A program made the position numbers and the translations under genes. Below the pieces are notes generated by a model. The model did no database searches. It was not told the DNA's origin and was given only the letters and a program-made list of their open reading frames with translations. From Neoechinorhynchus agilis (Eukaryota; Animalia; Acanthocephala), in the NCBI GenBank assembly GCA_051530055.1, contig CM121342.1, positions 3,967,489 to 4,031,488 on the forward strand: 64,000 nt of DNA, read 5' to 3'. This document shows positions 37,921-49,370 of the stretch, piece by piece; position 1 is the first letter of the stretch, and each line of letters starts with the position of its first letter.

Positions 37921-38493
37921 TCATAAATAGGATTCTCGATGAGCAGTCCTTCTTTCCTTAATTTCGTTCGCCGTCCGAACAGGAATATTGCCTTGGAAAA
38001 ATATTGGAAACACTTCTGAAATATTAATTTCCCGGTCGACATGAACGTGTCTTTGTGCCCTTTCCAAAGATCCAATCATTGATAGCATAGAAAACGATAT
38101 CCTGTAAGCATCGCTTAGACAGACATCATCGATCGTTGCAACCTCGATATCTTCTCCAGTTGAATCTTTGATAGCTAATCGTTCGGTTTCCTGCATAAGA
38201 AGGAAGTTTATCTCCTTTGGTGTTCGACTTCTCATTCTCGGACCAAGCAGAGCAGCGAATGGTGATTTCGACGGTTTCTTCATCGATACCATCGACAGAA
38301 CTTTAAATATCGATTTGTTTCTCGCTTCGTAATTGGACAAGAGACCAGCAATATTCTCACCGACGTATTTCAAAGCCTTAACGGGATCGTGATTCTCAGT
38401 CATCATATCTAACAATTCTTGAATGCAAAGAAAACATTTGACTTGATCGCTCCGTTCCAGGAGATTGTCCCATCTCTCATTCAAAGATTCGCA
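37921..38493 (-). CDS. GID8: GID8/TWA1-like CTLH-CRA domain protein, 5' (LisH) exon not located
   Basis: ESLNERWDNLL...FLCIQELLDMM...ALKYVGENIA and VLSMVSMKKPSKSPFAALLGPRMRSRTPKEINFLL resemble GID8 (TLALLAFDSPEESPFGDLL...EVNQAV). ttgacag acceptor before 38493. Confidence 0.65.
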   Translation of the reverse strand, partial: CESLNERWDNLLERSDQVKCFLCIQELLDMMTENHDPVKALKYVGENIAGLLSNYEARNKSIFKVLSMVSMKKPSKSPFAALLGPRMRSRTPKEINFLLMQETERLAIKDSTGEDIEVATIDDVCLSDAYRISFSMLSMIGSLERAQRHVHVDREINISEVFPIFFQGNIPVRTANEIKERRTAHRESYL

Positions 38494-38539
38494 CTGTCAA
38501 ATAAATTTCCGATCATTAAAACGTCTATTCTGCAACGAC

Positions 38540-40440
38540 AACTTCAGCGTTTAAAATCACTATCCCAGACTGATAAGCGAGATCACAACATCTACAATTT
38601 TATTAAATTATTCAATTCTGTGATTCACACCCTCCACTCTGACAGCACAAACGACCATTCCTTGGCCATGTCCTCCGTAACCTATATTTCCTAACTTCTG
38701 CAATATCTAAGAAATTCATTGTAATATCCAACCTTGACCCACCATGGATAACCCTTATCTTGAAACTCCTGCAAAATCAAACATATGCGTCCCATCGATA
38801 TAAATCTCCTGACTTACCCCGTTTACAAAAACACCATCCCACTTCCTTTCCTCTAAAATTCGTTCAGGTTGCAATTCAACATTGTGGTGGGCCGTCAAGG
38901 ACTCTATTGGTCTACACGAATCCTGATTCCTTCCTAATTTGACCTCCACTGAATTAAAACAGGTTCTAGACTCCATCAATCAGAACCTTTGTCCTGACTG
39001 AAATTACAATCAATGCTCCACACCAGACTCCACAAAAAACTATCACTCCCACACCTGAAACTTTTGTCAACTCGCCGATACTCCCCTTAGTTTCGTCATA
39101 TGAAGTATTACAGCATCTAAAGAAATTACGTCGAAATTAGTCCTCTAAATCCGAAATCCCAAACTGGGCTCTTCGCTGCATCATCCTCGAACTCATAGAC
39201 CCAATTGCCCACATTATAAACCACAGTTTTTTATATAGCATCTACCCCTCATGCCTGAAAACTGCTAAATTATCCTTGTTCCAAAAAATGGACATCCTAT
39301 TTCCACCGAATCATTGCGTCCAATATCCATTCTACCTGCTGTTTCAAAAATCATAGAGAAATGCTTCAAATCTCGCCTTCTTTCACTTCTCAACAACAAA
39401 TTATTGCCCCAATAATTCGGCTTCCGGCCCAAATTTTCCGCAACGGATTCCTTACTTTGCATTTATGACACGCTCCCACGAAACCTCGAAAATAATCTCT
39501 CCCACTAAGTCCGTCTCATTCAACTGGAGTTATGGAAAGTATTCGGCTTCGTGGACCATTCACTCCTTCTCCTGGCCTGCTATGATTTTAGTCTCGACTT
39601 ATGGCAGATCCACTGGCTGTCCTCTTATCTTCACAATCGCAAACAATACATTCGCTGTCGATCTACATCGTCGATCATCAAATATCTCACCGAAGGTGTC
39701 CCTCAAGGTGCTGTCCTGTCACCACTTCCTTTTAGTATTTTCCTATACGACCTTAATCCTCTCGCGTATCATTCTAAACTTTTCATAAATGCCGACGATC
39801 TCACCCCCATCACTAAATCACCACCCCACCTCTCCCTCTCCTTAAACTCTAAAGAAACCATTCACATATAAAAGATTTCTGCACCAATCACAAATTCCAC
39901 TTGAACTTCTTTAAATGCTTCGGGATGATATCCTCAATCTCCCGCAAGGTAATATCATACCATGACCTTCCAAATGACATCCAACAAGTCACCTCCCTAA
40001 GAATTATGGGTCTTTAATTTCAATCAAACCTGAAATTGGATTCGCACATTTTACTCCATCCAGCCTCCTCAAACGCCTCCTACATTTAGGAGTCCCTTTC
40101 CCTCCCAATCTTACTTCAGCTCTATTTTACCCTTCCTCACCTACGGTTATCCCGTCTTTTGCAACCTTTTCCAATCACAAATCCGTCGCTTTGAAACCTT
40201 TCATAGAAGAGCCTCTAAAATTTGCAGATTTGATTTTCCCCACCCACCAAATGCCTTCATGAGATTTTCATCAAACATTCAAAACGTTTCTCAACCTTTT
40301 CACCACAGTTTTACCACGTGTTGTCCCCTTTTCACATGAGCACAACGCTCATAATCTCAATTCGTTTCATCCTTCTGTACCTCGCAGTTGCCCAGCGATC
40401 TTATTGACCAGTTGGTTAGACATATAAATATTAATTCAGC
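38540..40440 (+). mobile_element. Decayed CR1/Jockey-like LINE reverse transcriptase
   Basis: Fragmented motifs LRPISILPAVSKIIEK, FGFRP, GVPQGAVLSP and ADDL. A 12-bp direct repeat ttctgcaacgac (38528-38539 and 40539-40550) may be a TSD. Confidence 0.85.
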
Positions 40441-40635
40441 CAATTTTATGCGCTAAGCTTTCATCAGGATCTTACACCATTCCTCGTCCGTCTTGAATCT
40501 CAAGGTGCTTCTTTTCATTTTGGAGTTCCTTAATTGTGTTCTGCAACGACCATGTTTGCATCAACTTTTGAGTTTTTGAACCAATTTTGAGTAGGCGATC
40601 TAGATGCTTGCCCCGCCGAAACAGAGCTTAATGGA

Positions 40636-41650
40636 TTGCTTTTGAAATTAACGAAACAGAAAGGTCTACCAAAAGAGGAGTATAAAAGAGTACGATATGT
40701 GAATGTCAAGACGCTGAGGATGTATTTATTAGCAAAAGTCCACAAAAATCCCATCGAAGCAAGGCCGATCATCGCTGCGCATTCGTCCTACAACTATAAG
40801 TTGTCGAAGAAATTATGCGGATGTGTCAAGCAACTTCTACCACCATCCGATCATGTGGTCACATCGGGAGTCGATTTTATTGATAGATTGGGCAAGATAA
40901 GCGAATTGAATCTCATGGTTTCGGCATATGTAAGAGCCTTGTTTTCGAAGATACCAGTGGAGGAGGTAATTGAGCTAGCCACAAGCCTATTGGTCGAAAA
41001 ATGTACAGAATGGAAGATCTCAGCCTTTAATTGTCGTCAACCTCTCCAATTCTGTACAAAATACTCAAACGTTCAGTTCGAAGGTGTAAATTATGACCAA
41101 TTGGATGGACTCGCAATGGGAAGTCCACTTTCCCCAGTATTGGCAGAGCTATGAGATCATAGGAGAAGAAACATGTGTCGAAATTGAGCGGTGTGGAGCT
41201 ATGGATACGATATGTGGATGATACTTCCTTGATCCCAACACAAGTTCAACCGAACAGCTCGAAAAAGAATTGAATAGCTTTCACCAGAACATAAGAAGGA
41301 TAATTGAAGAAGAGGAAAATGATAATTTTCCATTCTTGGATGTACGCGTACAAATTGGCAAGGGCCAGGTCGATGTTCATCAGGGCATTAAGATTTTGTT
41401 CTGATGGAAGCAGTAGTTTAACAGGGAGTGGATATCCAAAGAGATACATTGACAAATGTAAGAAGGCAGCGCAATATGTCCTTCGATTAAGAATCACCAA
41501 AGAAGCACTTCATTGAGGCACCATTCATCAGTGGTCTATAGAACTCAAAAATGGAAGCTGTAATCAACAAGATTGATATAACAAGAACGGCAGGACTGCC
41601 GAAGAATGAGGATGGTATTTCTTGTTGTGTTTACACGATCTCATCGAGTG
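40636..41650 (+). mobile_element. Decayed Penelope-like element (RT, start of GIY-YIG)
   Basis: AKVHKNPIEARPII, YDQLDGLAMGSPLSPVLA, LWIRYVDDT (another frame) and CCVYTIS, with stops and frameshifts. Confidence 0.88.
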
Positions 41651-41917
41651 CCATTCTCGACACAACTAAAAGCTTTTTAGATGACAGGCGAAGCTTTCTC
41701 GTGGTAATAATGGACTTTTCAATCACGGTGCTTTCGATCTATCAGAAATGTCATCCAACTCATTGCGGAGGTGCCAAACAGCTGAGTCAATTCCGAACAA
41801 AGAATCTTTGAAGGCATAACAATGAGAATTATGAATCACTAGAGCCGCAGGTCTTCGTTTAAAATGAGCGATGAAAACGCAATTTTTTGTGAGCTTGGTC
41901 TCGGAATTTTGATCGAA

Positions 41918-42064
41918 ATGTACTCGACTTTTTACAGCACTCCATATAGCGGATACCAATATCGATACAATTATAACTATCAGTACCAATACCCAGGATG
42001 CTCGAATTATTATTCGCCAGCTCCATATTATTACGGCAGCAACGATGGATGTTCCATATCTTAA
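41918..42064 (+). CDS. 48-aa Tyr-rich micro-protein, copy 1
   Basis: MYSTFYSTPYSGYQYRYNYNYQYQYPGCSNYYSPAPYYYGSNDGCSIS (15 Tyr); paralogue at 43714 with the frame preserved. Confidence 0.55.
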   Translation: MYSTFYSTPYSGYQYRYNYNYQYQYPGCSNYYSPAPYYYGSNDGCSIS

Positions 42065-42325
42065 AAGACTGCTTGGAAATACATTTGACCATTACTTAAA
42101 ATATGTCGTTGAACGGCAGGAACACTTTGCGCGTTAATCATAGTGGTCATTAATGTAAAACTTCTCTTCTTGGAACGAGTGATCTCGACAATTTCGCCTT
42201 TTTCTCGTCAATGTATTTTCTCTCTCTAAAAAGGGGGCATTTTACTAGTTGACCAAAGTTCGATCTCAGAGATTATCGTATGTTATTTTATTCATCCACT
42301 AAATCGATTTCTTATGTCCTTTAAG

Positions 42326-43620
42326 ATGACATCGAACTCAGAAAATGAAATTAATGTTTTCGTAAGTATTTTTAAGTTTCGTTAATTCGCTAGTTAGGCC
42401 CAAGATTTCTTGTTTATTGTTTTTCATTCGTCTAAAAAAATATTTTTGGTTTGTTCCTCAACAAATTGGTTTCCTGCAATGTTCAGTTGTTGGAAGGTCA
42501 TTTCTGAGGCCTTTAAGATCGGCAACATGTAACGGTTCCTTCCTTAATCCATCACCCGCGACGAACAAAGCAACTTAAATCTCCCTCATTTCAACCCTCC
42601 AAAATTCCCTTCCGCGCCGTAATCTACTCCAATACTCGTAGCCTCCTTCCCTAAACTACATGAAATTTCACTCAATTCATCTACCTCAAAAGCCAACGTA
42701 GTCATTTCAACAAAAACGTGGCTTACTCCCTTCAACAGCAATTCAGCCATCCTTCCCGGGTACTCTTCCTTACATACCACGAAGACCTTCCAGGAGGGGC
42801 GGTCTCAATTTACCCTCGATAATCGCTACCATATTCTTCGGCTCTCTACAAAACTCCGATCTAGAATTCATCGCAGCCTTCTTCTCAGCTCCTCTAAGAA
42901 ATGGCTTTAGAGAATTCACAATTGCTGGCGTCTACCGCCCCTTAAACAAAACGCCCAAAACGATACCACGAAGACCTTCCAGGAGGGGTGGTCTCAATTT
43001 ACGCACGATGATCGCTGCCATATTCTTCGGCTTTCTGCAAAACCCCGATCTAGAATTCATCGCAGTCTACTTCTCAGCTCCTCCAAGAAATATCCCTAGT
43101 AAAAATCACAATTGCTGGCATCTACCGCCCTCCAGCCTCTCATCCTGGGTTTGAATTGACGAGCAATTCGTTTGTATTTTATTTTTATTCTGTTATATTC
43201 TTGAATGTTTAGCGACAATAAATTGGTTTCCTGCAATGTTCAGTTGTTGAAAGGTCACATCTACGACGGTGTAAGTTCCTTCCATAAAATGAAACCGTAC
43301 GTTAAAATGTTTGAGTAGACAATCGTGATTAGATCGACGAATAAGAAATCAGACGAATATCGAATTGTCCGACCAATCAATCAGTTGTCAACGTACTCAT
43401 GGGGTTGGCCACTTCAGCAGGTAAGTAGAAAGAAGCTCTCATGGCTTCCTTTGTTTTTATCTTCAAATACACCAAACATTATTTGTGATGGAATTTTCCC
43501 AAATAGATTAATCGTTCAAGTCGCACTTTTTCGGTCATTGTGCTATCGATCCTCCCACTCATTGTTTTTAGTTCTGCGGGAATACCAAACAGGAGTCAAT
43601 TCCGAACAATGAATTTATGA
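42326..43620 (+). CDS. Putative small three-exon gene with a hydrophobic C-terminal segment
   Basis: In-frame exons 42326-42361, 43319-43420 and 43507-43620 with strong gtaagt donors. No family recognised. Confidence 0.35.
42463..43257 (+). mobile_element. LINE APE-endonuclease fragment flanked by 38-bp direct repeats
   Basis: TIAGVYRP / TIAGIYRPP motifs in an internally duplicated segment; aaattggtttcctgcaatgttcagttgttg(g/a)aaggtca at 42463-42500 and 43220-43257. Confidence 0.7.
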
Positions 43621-43713
43621 ACAAACAACGATGAGAATTCTGAATCACTAGAGCCGCGCTTAAGTTGAGCGACGAAGGTGTGACTTTTTTGTGAGCTTGG
43701 TACTCTCAATCAA

Positions 43714-43860
43714 ATGTATCCGTCTTACTACAACACTCCATATAGCGGATATCAATATGGATACAATTACAACTATTACCAAAATCCAGGATATCCTTAC
43801 TATGGTTATTCGCCAGCTCCATATTATTACGGCAACAACGATGGATGTTCCATATCGTAA
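43714..43860 (+). CDS. 48-aa Tyr-rich micro-protein, copy 2
   Basis: MYPSYYNTPYSGYQYGYNYNYYQNPGYPYYGYSPAPYYYGNNDGCSIS (17 Tyr). Confidence 0.55.
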   Translation: MYPSYYNTPYSGYQYGYNYNYYQNPGYPYYGYSPAPYYYGNNDGCSIS

Positions 43861-44111
43861 AGGACTGCTTGGAATGACATTTGACCGCAAAAATTTTAAT
43901 ATCATATTTTAAAAAAGTGATTGAACGGTTTGAACACTTTTAGTTTTAAGACTCGGCGGTGACCCGATTTATGTTGTTTTCGCTTCAAATCGAATCACGT
44001 GTTTGTTGTTCATTTGTTTTTGTTTACCAAACCCTCAAGGTTTAGAAACACGGGGAGTATCGATCTACTAAGACTACGAGCACACACTTTTTCGTTCGGT
44101 CTATCAATCCA

Positions 44112-44810
44112 ATGGATTACGAAGCTATCATTAGTAGTTGGGCACTTCGCATCCGAGCTCAAAATACAAAACACCAAGACTATATTCGATCACCTGAAGA
44201 TATGACATTTCTGATCGTTCACTGTGCTCTTTGTGAATTCGAATTTTTAGTAGTGGACAGCCATGAAGGAATATCTGATAAGATTCCGACTTATTCATGG
44301 CCTCCTTCAGGCGAAGATGCGAATCGTAAGTTTTACGCTATCAGGTATTACCGCCATGGTGTCTTCTATGAGGTTCACATGTTACACTGCCGGTTAAATG
44401 GTCGAAATCGCAATAACCGGCCTAAAGATGTTCTCATATCCATTCGTAGATCTTCGGACGGATTTACGAAAGCGTTTGTGTTCAAAGCTCATCCAAGGCG
44501 CCATATGAATACTAATGATGACGATGATGATGTGAACACTGTAGTTCATTTTCGGACTCATATCCTAATGGAATTGATAATGTTTGTCTGGTGTTACTTT
44601 CTTAATTGGCCGATTGGTCAAGTTGACGAAACCGGTAGAAGGCCAATCCTACGATCTGTTTCGATCAGTACAAGTTGGACTCGTCAGGTTGAAGTGTCTG
44701 CCATCGCAGCTTCGCGGAACCAAATGCTGCACATTAACGGAATTCGGTTAATGGATCAAGTGATGCAAGAAGTCTTAGAAAATGGCGCTATGGTGTTTAA
44801 AACTAGATAA
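44112..44810 (+). CDS. PI31/Fbxo7 (FP)-domain-like protein, paralogue A
   Basis: EDMTFLIVHCALCEFEF...IPTYSWP...FYAIRY resembles the FP domain (DALVCFLHW...LP.GW...LYVLRY); similar to the ORF at 54273. Confidence 0.55.
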   Translation: MDYEAIISSWALRIRAQNTKHQDYIRSPEDMTFLIVHCALCEFEFLVVDSHEGISDKIPTYSWPPSGEDANRKFYAIRYYRHGVFYEVHMLHCRLNGRNRNNRPKDVLISIRRSSDGFTKAFVFKAHPRRHMNTNDDDDDVNTVVHFRTHILMELIMFVWCYFLNWPIGQVDETGRRPILRSVSISTSWTRQVEVSAIAASRNQMLHINGIRLMDQVMQEVLENGAMVFKTR

Positions 44811-44926
44811 ATTCGCCTATATCAGGATTAACTGAACTGCGTGGTGCGCGATTAAACGCATAATCCACCCCCCCCCTCACCACCACCACCACCACCGCAT
44901 TTCATAAAATAAAATCAAAGTTTTAT

Positions 44927-45204
44927 TTTATTTATTATCAAAGGCCACGTACACTCATTGGTCTTGCGACATCTTCTTTGATAGCTTCGGCTATATTCCT
45001 TTTTTGAGCCTTTCGGCTAACACACAACGGAGGCGCTCAGCCGCACTCGAAGGAACAGAGCCAACCCCCTTTGGGGCCGATGGGCGATCTCAAAACCTGA
45101 CCCCACCCCTTAAAGCAGCCTCGCACACCCGTGGAACCCAGCGACCGGTGGTGTTGAACCAGCGACATATCATGAGCGCGCACACCACACGGCCACTGGG
45201 CCCC
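44927..45204 (-). mobile_element. tRNA-type SINE, full length, recent insertion
   Basis: Begins GGGGCCCAGTGGCCGTGTGG (A-box), has GGTTCAACACC (B-box), ends in an A-rich tail; perfect 12-bp TSD tcaaagttttat at 44915-44926 and 45205-45216. Confidence 0.85.
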
Positions 45205-45670
45205 TCAAAGTTTTATCTAGAGAATCGGGGTAAATATCGACGTTTATTTCTAAAAAAAAGTTTTATGTTTTTGATTTGAAAAATGAACTAATCACTAGAT
45301 CCCAGTACTTTAGCAAAATAATTCAAATTGGATTTTTAGTGATAATCCAGAAGGATTTTCATTTGATTATATAAATCAAATATTGTGTGTTGAAGTGAAA
45401 AGTTTTTTCAAGTCGGAAAATACCGATATCGTGGATTAGGGAAGCTCATTTTCCCCACAAAACGGTATTCGATTGTTCTCTAAAGCTTTACCGCTCCGTC
45501 ATACATTATTCAAAGTGTGAAATCTCTTTACCGTTACGGCAAACCTCTTTTTTTTGTACATGAGTGAATCATAAGTACAATTTCTTTTGCTTTTCCACAA
45601 GCTTCGTGAGCTGGTAAGAGACACAATCGTTGATATTTTAGGTTACACTGCCTAAAAAATTCCCGTTTAG

Positions 45671-46901
45671 ATGGCCAAAGAATCGAATGACACAGAAGTT
45701 GAAGTACCGTTAAATACTTCATGGACGTCTCGACTAAAGACTCGCACTGTCACGAAATTCGATAATTTAAAAACGTTTGTATTTAATTATGAAGAAAAGT
45801 CAGTCTTGGGACGAACTGGCAGAAGTTGGGGACTAATATCAATGTACTACGCTGGATTCTATACTTTCCTATTTGCTTACTTTGCTGTCATTTTCGCGAT
45901 CTACTATGCATTTTTAAGTAAGCATTTGCCTCACTACTATAATGTCCGCTCCGTGATGGACTACGTTGGAGTAAATCCTGGTAAGCGTTTTAAGAAGACT
46001 TAATCTCATTCTACTCACAGGAATGGGGTTTCGTCCAAATGATCCGGATTCTCCTGGAATTATAAAATTAGGATCCGCACCTCAAAACGATGCGGCATTC
46101 AATGCCTATAAACAATTTGCGACAGGTATAAAAGTGACTAAGGACTGCTCTATGAAGAACCGAAAATCGATTTAGACTATTTGGTACAGAACTTCTCACT
46201 GGAAGGTGCCGATCAGTTCAAAAAAAGTGACTGCTTAGAAAATTACGCGACACCTCTTCCTGAAGGATATTCTTGTGTTTACAATTGGGACAGTTTAATA
46301 ACGCCAGAAAATGAGTGCAGTTTTCAAAGTGGTGCTGGATATGCGACGGGAGAGCCCTGCGTTATAATAAAACTCAATAGAGTGAGTTTAAAGGACTTTT
46401 TAAGTCTTTAAATGAAATACTTTTAAGATCGTCGGATGGAATCCCAGTGGGAATTTATCAGTGCTTCCGCCCAACATCAATGTTGATAGCGGATTCGTTT
46501 ATTTCCGATGCATGGGATCGGTATGAGTAACCGAGTGTTCGAATCAAATTGCGAGTTTATGTTTATTAGCGAGCTGCGGATAATGATAACTTTGAGGTTG
46601 CCACTTACTATTCAATGGGAACTCCGGATGGAAACAATAATTACGCAAAAATTCCATTCAGTTATTTCCCTTATTTTAATGCCCGAAACTACGTACCAGC
46701 GTTCGCTGTCGTAAAATTCAGAAACATAACTCCAAATACGATCGTAAATGTGGCTTGTCTCGCCTATGCTGACAATATTGATCACAGTCCGTTATCGTAA
46801 GTTCGATTTCAAAATGTTCTATCGCATTTGCGTTTTATCGCTTTAGTGATGTCTCAAGATCTCGTGGAATGGCTCGGTTTCAACTTTTCAAAAGTCAATG
46901 A
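45671..46901 (+). CDS. ATP1B: Na+/K+-ATPase beta subunit (nervana-like), 6 exons
   Basis: LGRTGRSWGLISMYY TM segment, NPG|MGFRP, EPCVIIKLNR|IVGW, IPFSYFPY. Five GT-AG introns: 45981-46020, 46126-46175, 46382-46427, 46521-46569, 46797-46846, all in frame. Confidence 0.93.
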
Positions 46902-47258
46902 AAATTAAGTATTAGAAGTTGAAATAAATTTATCGGATTTTAGGCGTGAAGGCACTTCTTTATTTTTGTCGATTTGCTCAATACGAAAAATTGAAACTTT
47001 CTCAATTCTAAAAACCTTTCTTAAACAATTCGCTTCTCCGACGACTTCGCTGACTTTGAAGCGAGAAATAGAAGATTGAAACTTTCTCAATTTTAAGAAT
47101 CTTACTGGCACTTTATTGGTCGTCTATTTGCTAAAAGGAGCTTCGTTAATTTGATCATCGATGATGATTAAAATCCAATAGAGCTCAAAATTGTTTGAAA
47201 GGACGAATCGTTATGACAACAGGGGAAGAGATGACGAAGAGATTCTGAAACTTAAGTG

Positions 47259-47612
47259 ATGTCTGACGAAGGAGAGATAAATCCAGCAATGTTCAATGAT
47301 TTGGACAGAGACCTGACTTCTCTGATAAGTTCGTATTTGTTCAAACTTCCCCCGGAAACGACTTTAGAGGAGAATCAAATTGCCGATTTGTCAAAGATGA
47401 TTGTTTCAAAGTTAATAGAATTAAACGTCGCCTTCAAATACTGTACAATAATCGAGATCGATAAAGCAAACAAAGATGGTGGCTATGTAAAGCAAAGTAT
47501 GGTCAATCGTTTGGTGTTTGAGGAATCATTCGATTGGTCACTTTCAACGTCCATTTGCAATAATGGATTTCGTTGTGTTTTGCATGTGTTTGCGTTTTGT
47601 TTGACCGTATAA
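47259..47612 (+). CDS. Divergent Tctex-1 family dynein light chain
   Basis: IVSKLIELNVAFKYCTIIEI...FDWSLSTSICNNGFRCVLHVFAF resembles the Tctex-1 pattern FKY.V...C.V..F; ~117 aa. Confidence 0.65.
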   Translation: MSDEGEINPAMFNDLDRDLTSLISSYLFKLPPETTLEENQIADLSKMIVSKLIELNVAFKYCTIIEIDKANKDGGYVKQSMVNRLVFEESFDWSLSTSICNNGFRCVLHVFAFCLTV

Positions 47613-48384
47613 AAAGCCAGTTTACTTTTCTCAAGTAAAACGAAACGTCCACTGCTAAATTCGGAAAATTTTAACAAAAATTCTTCGTCCATTAACGACT
47701 TTTGCTTTATTGCAGTCGATTTAGCGTTTATTTGTAATTGTGTGCGATTTATGTTAATGGGGATTTAATGGCTTTTTGTTTGACCTTTAAATTAAGGCGA
47801 AAAACGGGAATTTTGTAAAATATACACAATGAATTATTCATCCAATTATAGGAAATAAATTGATGAATAATTCATTGATCGATGTGGTGTTATTCACCAA
47901 ATAAGGACACGATTCTCCTCGAGGACAATTCTTTATGAACTTTAAAAGAATAAAACGAAAGTGTAGATCATTGCTTCCTTTGTGAAAAATATCGGACATA
48001 ATAAATTTCTTCAAATTTTCCGCCTTATAAAAACGTCTCGAATTATTTTTGTTGTCAAGATTAAGTTTAAATCGAATTGTAAATTAATACAAAAAGTATA
48101 TTTGCAAATGGTTGTTCGGCTGCTCCCTTGATAGCCGCAGAGAGAGAAAAAACACATTTGCAATCAATACTGATCAATACGAATGAGTTTTTTTTGTGAA
48201 TTAACACTTTCAGCGGTCGGAGAAATGTCATGTTTTACATCGGAGTCTGATGAAACGTTAAGAGTTCGTGCATCTCTCCGGATCCTCAGATACCTCCAAG
48301 AGGGAGGGACTCAACAGTGAGTTCCTTCCTTTAGCGGTAAACAAAAAATTATCAAATCTATAAGTTCTCTTTTTCGTATAGTTT

Positions 48385-48960
48385 GTTATGATTGTTCGGC
48401 AGCTTCTTTGATGGCCGCGTTGCATCGCCGCGCTGATTCGCCGCAGCAGGAAGCTGATGGATCGCATATCGCCGGTGGCATGTTTTAGCATCCCTACCAG
48501 TCGGGAAAAAGGAAATAATCGGCTTCTTTTCCGAGACATCCCAGTGTTTCAACCGCAATCGGGATGAAAATATATTGATGCCCATCGAGCGATTCCTCGC
48601 TGAAGCTGGGCATCCCGTAAGTGGGATGTTGCGAGCGTGTTGGGGCAGGTAAAATCCCAAACGAGTATTTTCCCGGAGCACCATGGAAGGGCTCCATCGG
48701 GGCGTTTACCGTCGTTCCGGGAGAGTCCGACTGGTTCGAGTCGAGCTGGAAAAACGGCCGTTGAGAGGGCTTTCTTTGAGTGGCGAGCAGTTGAACGCTT
48801 GTAGTCAAGGCCGTGAGTTCCCGTTCACTGTCTCACCGCACCGACACGTATTTGAGCCTGAGAATTCGATGCCCAAACGAAGTCCCGCAGCTACGGTGGT
48901 GGCCTGGTCATCCAGGCCAACAGCCGTGATCGGAAAAGCCTTCAAGAAGTCGCTGGAGTG
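48385..48960 (-). mobile_element. 3' fragment of a CRE-like LINE, near-identical to 57245-57830
   Basis: GLSRNDGKRPDG, LVWDFTCPNTLATSHL and FIPIAVETLG motifs (restriction-like endonuclease region). Confidence 0.9.
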
Positions 48961-49370
48961 AGCCAAAAAATTTAAGGAAATTGTTTAAAAATCCGAAATA
49001 CAAAAAACATTGAAAGATAATCGTCAAAAGATGTCATTTTAACCGAATACTTCGTTTTCTGGAAGAATTCAACAAACTTCGGTTCACAAAAAGCTTAGCC
49101 GTGATGATTGTTTTATCATTGAAACAAAATCCTTTCCGCGAAATATCGAAATAAAGTGCTTTCTATCCGGGATACCGCGATTGATCGATTCAAACTTGTT
49201 TTTTCCTGTAAACGTTATTTGTTACCGTTTTTGTTAATATCTACTTTTTGTGTGATTTTTTCAACGACTCAAACTAAGCGCAACGCTGAATCCACTACTT
49301 TTATCCCTTTAATTGATCGGAATTTAGAATTTGTGTTTGATTTTACGAAAAACATTTTAGACCTATTGAG

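Noticed and set aside
41723-43905. Minus-strand hydrophobic ORFs at 41723 and 43660
   Set aside because: Ile/Val richness is the antisense of Tyr codons; start, stop and length are conserved only on the plus strand.
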